Shown here: piece by piece, positions 29,692 to 32,000 of the stretch | Layout: each line of letters opens with the position of its first letter | Numbering within the stretch: the first letter of the stretch is position 1 | Source of the DNA: Candidatus Velamenicoccus archaeovorus | Lineage (GTDB): Bacteria > Omnitrophota > Gorgyraeia > Velamenicoccales > Velamenicoccaceae | Reading direction: 5' to 3' | Assembly (NCBI RefSeq): GCF_004102945.1 | Contig: NZ_CP019384.1 | Location: forward strand, 1,620,001 to 1,652,000 | DNA length: 32,000 nt | Translations under genes and position numbers: made by a program | Notes under the pieces: model-generated | Seen by the model: only the letters and a program-made list of their open reading frames with translations | What the model was told of the DNA's origin: nothing | Database searches by the model: none

Positions 29692-30864
29692 TTATTTCTT
29701 ATCATCAACCCCGGACCGCCTCATCAGACAATATCCAATCTGGCCGCGTGCGATCGCAGCATCCGTCATCAACGGCGGCGGCGGCACAAGCAGGCGCAAC
29801 CGGCTCTTGCCGAACAATCCTGTAATTTTTTGCGTCAATATCCTGTTCAAAAACACGCCGCCCGAGACATAGACGCGGGGCACGCCGTATCTGCGGGCCA
29901 GACGCTTGCAAACAAAAAAAATGCCTTCCGCCAAGGCACTATGGAATTTCATGGCGATGGCTTCCTTCGCCATGCGATGCGCCAGATCCCGCTGCATCGC
30001 GATAAAAAGAAACCCTGTATCCAGGACCAGACAACCGTCGCGCGACCTGGCGATAGGCATCCCATAGCTGCCCACCTCTTGACCGCAGGATGCGGCTGCC
30101 GCCTCCAGAGCCTGTGCGGCCTGGGCCTGTTTGGCGACCGCCGGAGTCAACCCCAAAAGGGCCGCTGCCGCATCAAACAGGCGGCCTGCGCTCGACGAAA
30201 GCGGCGTCTGAACCCCCCGGGCGATCATCTGATCGATAAGACGGAGTGTTTTGGCAGGGATCTTTCCTGAAAACGGCGTGCGGCCGGCACCCGCTGTCCT
30301 GAGGATCCCGTATGCGATGCGCCATGGCTCCCGGATCGCCGCTTCATTGCCGGCCAAGGGCTGATAATCCAGGTGGCCCGCGCGCACAAAACCTTTGGCG
30401 CTGCAGTAAAAAAATTCGCCGCCCCACATCCGGCCGTCGGCGCCGAAGCCCGTTCCGTCAAAAGCCGCGCCGATGAAAGGCCGCCGCGTTTGCATATCGA
30501 AAACGGCATTGGCCACATGGGCCCAATGATGATAGACGGCTTGGAGGCGGGCAGAGGGAAAGAGCTCTTTCTGAAGAAGAGGCGCCAGCCTCCGGCAAGC
30601 AAAATGCGGATGAGGATCAAAAGCGATGACGGCCGGCCGCACGCAGTATCTTCGAACGGCAAAGGCGACCGCCTGCCGATAAAATTCCTCGATATCTTCC
30701 GCCTCCAGCCGAGGAGACAACTGGAACAGGGTTTTTCCGTCAACCCAACAAAGACCCGGCCGCGTATCCGTGCCCAGAGCCAGAATACGCCGGCCCCCAT
30801 CAAATTTCAGCGGTGTCTGCGTTACGGAAAACATCTCGAAGGGCGCCCGAGTCCGGCGGCTCAC
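29692..30864 (-). CDS. hypF: HypF-related protein consisting only of the C-terminal Kae1/ASKHA-like half
   Basis: 390 aa. ILALGTDTRPG..., QAVYHHWAHVANA and FDGTGFGADGRMWGGEFF match the C-terminal half of HypF. No acylphosphatase, CxxC zinc-finger or YrdC-like segment is present. GTGA overlap with the upstream gene. Confidence 0.75.
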   Translation of the reverse strand: MSRRTRAPFEMFSVTQTPLKFDGGRRILALGTDTRPGLCWVDGKTLFQLSPRLEAEDIEEFYRQAVAFAVRRYCVRPAVIAFDPHPHFACRRLAPLLQKELFPSARLQAVYHHWAHVANAVFDMQTRRPFIGAAFDGTGFGADGRMWGGEFFYCSAKGFVRAGHLDYQPLAGNEAAIREPWRIAYGILRTAGAGRTPFSGKIPAKTLRLIDQMIARGVQTPLSSSAGRLFDAAAALLGLTPAVAKQAQAAQALEAAAASCGQEVGSYGMPIARSRDGCLVLDTGFLFIAMQRDLAHRMAKEAIAMKFHSALAEGIFFVCKRLARRYGVPRVYVSGGVFLNRILTQKITGLFGKSRLRLLVPPPPLMTDAAIARGQIGYCLMRRSGVDDKK

Positions 30865-32000
30865 TCCTTGCCGACGTAAGACCTTGTGCCGTGGGATTCC
30901 TTCTCGAAATGGCCCACGTTATTCATGAAATCCCTCACACACAAGCCGACGAGGGGATCGTAATTGCGGTTATGCATGGCCCTCTGGATACGGCCCGGTT
31001 TTGAATAAAATTCGCGGAACGCCCAGGAACCAAGGTCCGCTATCTCCGGGACCGTCAGGTGGTTCGTCGGGATGATCGGCTGATGAAAATCCCACTGTCT
31101 GATCTTTTTGTTGAGGTCTTCCAGACGCAAGAGGCCTTTTTTGGTTGCCTCCTCCCAGATCGGCGATCCGGGGATGGGCGTCAAAAACTGAAGGGCGATG
31201 ATGTCCGGATCGACCTCATCGACAGCCTCAAAGCGCGCCTTGATCTTCTCTTCGTTATCGTCCTCGAAGCCCATCATCCAGGTCAACACCGTCGCGATCC
31301 CGGCTTCCCTGAGTTTCGCCACTGTTTCCTTGACCTGCTCGACGGTAATGCCTTTCTTGATCTTGCGCAGCTCCTCATCATCGGCGACTTCCAGGCCCAC
31401 AAGGCACATAAAACAGCCGGCACGCCGCAGGTCCTTGAACAAATCGATATCGCGGATAAAATACGGCGCCCTGCCCAACGGCATCCATTTCATCTTGTTG
31501 TCGCGACGCAAACACTCCTCGATCGTCTCTTCCACGCGCGAACGATAAACATTATACGTATCGTCCATCATGACAATGACACGCGTGCCGTGCTTTTCGT
31601 ACAAAATCTCCATTTCGTCGACGACCTTCTTGCCGGAACGATAGCGGTAATTTTTCAGGTCCTGATGCCCCCGGGGGTCATACTGGCCCCATTCATAGCA
31701 AAAGGTGCAGGCCGCCGGGCACCCGCGGGAATTCCACGTCTCCGAATAATTCTTCCAATAGGTATGGCTGACGTAGACATCCATGGGAAACAGATCGTAG
31801 GCCGGCATAGGCAAAGTGTTCAGGTCCTGGATGAGGGGCCGGTATGCATTGAGGGTGATCTTGCCGTTATCGCGCCAGCAGATACCCTTGACGCCGGCGA
31901 TGTCCGGCTTGGTCTTGACCAGCTCTTTCAATAACTCGCTCAACGTCAGCTCCGCTTCCCCTGCGATACAGAAGTCCAGGTGCGGATTTTCCTTCATGGT
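30861..32000 (-). CDS. B12-binding-domain radical SAM protein (class B), 5' end outside window
   Basis: The reading frame is open to the window edge. DFCIAGEAELT is the end of a B12-binding domain. SRGCPAACTFC (C-x3-C-x2-C) is present. The C-terminal region is typical of class B rSAM enzymes. Confidence 0.8.
   Translation of the reverse strand, partial: TMKENPHLDFCIAGEAELTLSELLKELVKTKPDIAGVKGICWRDNGKITLNAYRPLIQDLNTLPMPAYDLFPMDVYVSHTYWKNYSETWNSRGCPAACTFCYEWGQYDPRGHQDLKNYRYRSGKKVVDEMEILYEKHGTRVIVMMDDTYNVYRSRVEETIEECLRRDNKMKWMPLGRAPYFIRDIDLFKDLRRAGCFMCLVGLEVADDEELRKIKKGITVEQVKETVAKLREAGIATVLTWMMGFEDDNEEKIKARFEAVDEVDPDIIALQFLTPIPGSPIWEEATKKGLLRLEDLNKKIRQWDFHQPIIPTNHLTVPEIADLGSWAFREFYSKPGRIQRAMHNRNYDPLVGLCVRDFMNNVGHFEKESHGTRSYVGKE

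Overview
This is a 32-kb, moderately GC-rich bacterial chromosomal window. Every credible gene (about 36) is on the minus strand, and many have 4-nt start/stop overlaps. The long plus-strand ORFs in the track are antisense shadows.

Gene content from high to low coordinates:
- A partial B12-binding radical SAM gene.
- A reduced hyp maturation set: HypF cut down to its C-terminal Kae1-like half, hypC, hypD, hypE and an 84-aa HypA without the zinc-finger insert. No hypB is present.
- A four-subunit group-3b-type [NiFe] hydrogenase in beta-gamma-delta-alpha order, plus its endopeptidase.
- Molybdenum cofactor genes: moeA, moaA, moaC and a MOSC protein.
- rlmN, a 4HBT thioesterase, an M48 lipoprotein peptidase, a CheY-like receiver, an RluB/RsuA-type pseudouridine synthase and a radical SAM protein.
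- An accessory block at about 10.3-14.3 kb.
- nikR-cbiQ-cbiO.
- A PAS-GGDEF protein whose HD-GYP domain has lost the HD motif.
- Two PG-binding lipoproteins, pckG, purC and an S4 protein.
- A 36-codon Cys-rich ORF that is absent from the ORF track.
- An ECF sigma/anti-sigma pair.

The best candidate for an undescribed system is the accessory block. It is a tandemly duplicated two-gene module. The large protein combines a prepilin-type N-terminus, a Gly/Ser-rich linker, an FN3-like domain and a C-terminal HExxH (HEGTH) domain. It is followed by a small signal-anchored partner protein. The two partner genes share a 418-bp stretch that reads as identical.

Two unnamed structured intergenic repeat families are also present. 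One is a roughly 160-nt multi-hairpin element with three compensatory base-pair changes between its two copies; it supplies the Shine-Dalgarno sequence of the downstream gene. The other is a GC-rich multi-hairpin element with three copies, each just 3' of a gene.

No rRNA, tRNA, CRISPR array or transposase was recognised. All calls come from reading the sequence and from motif knowledge; no database search was run.
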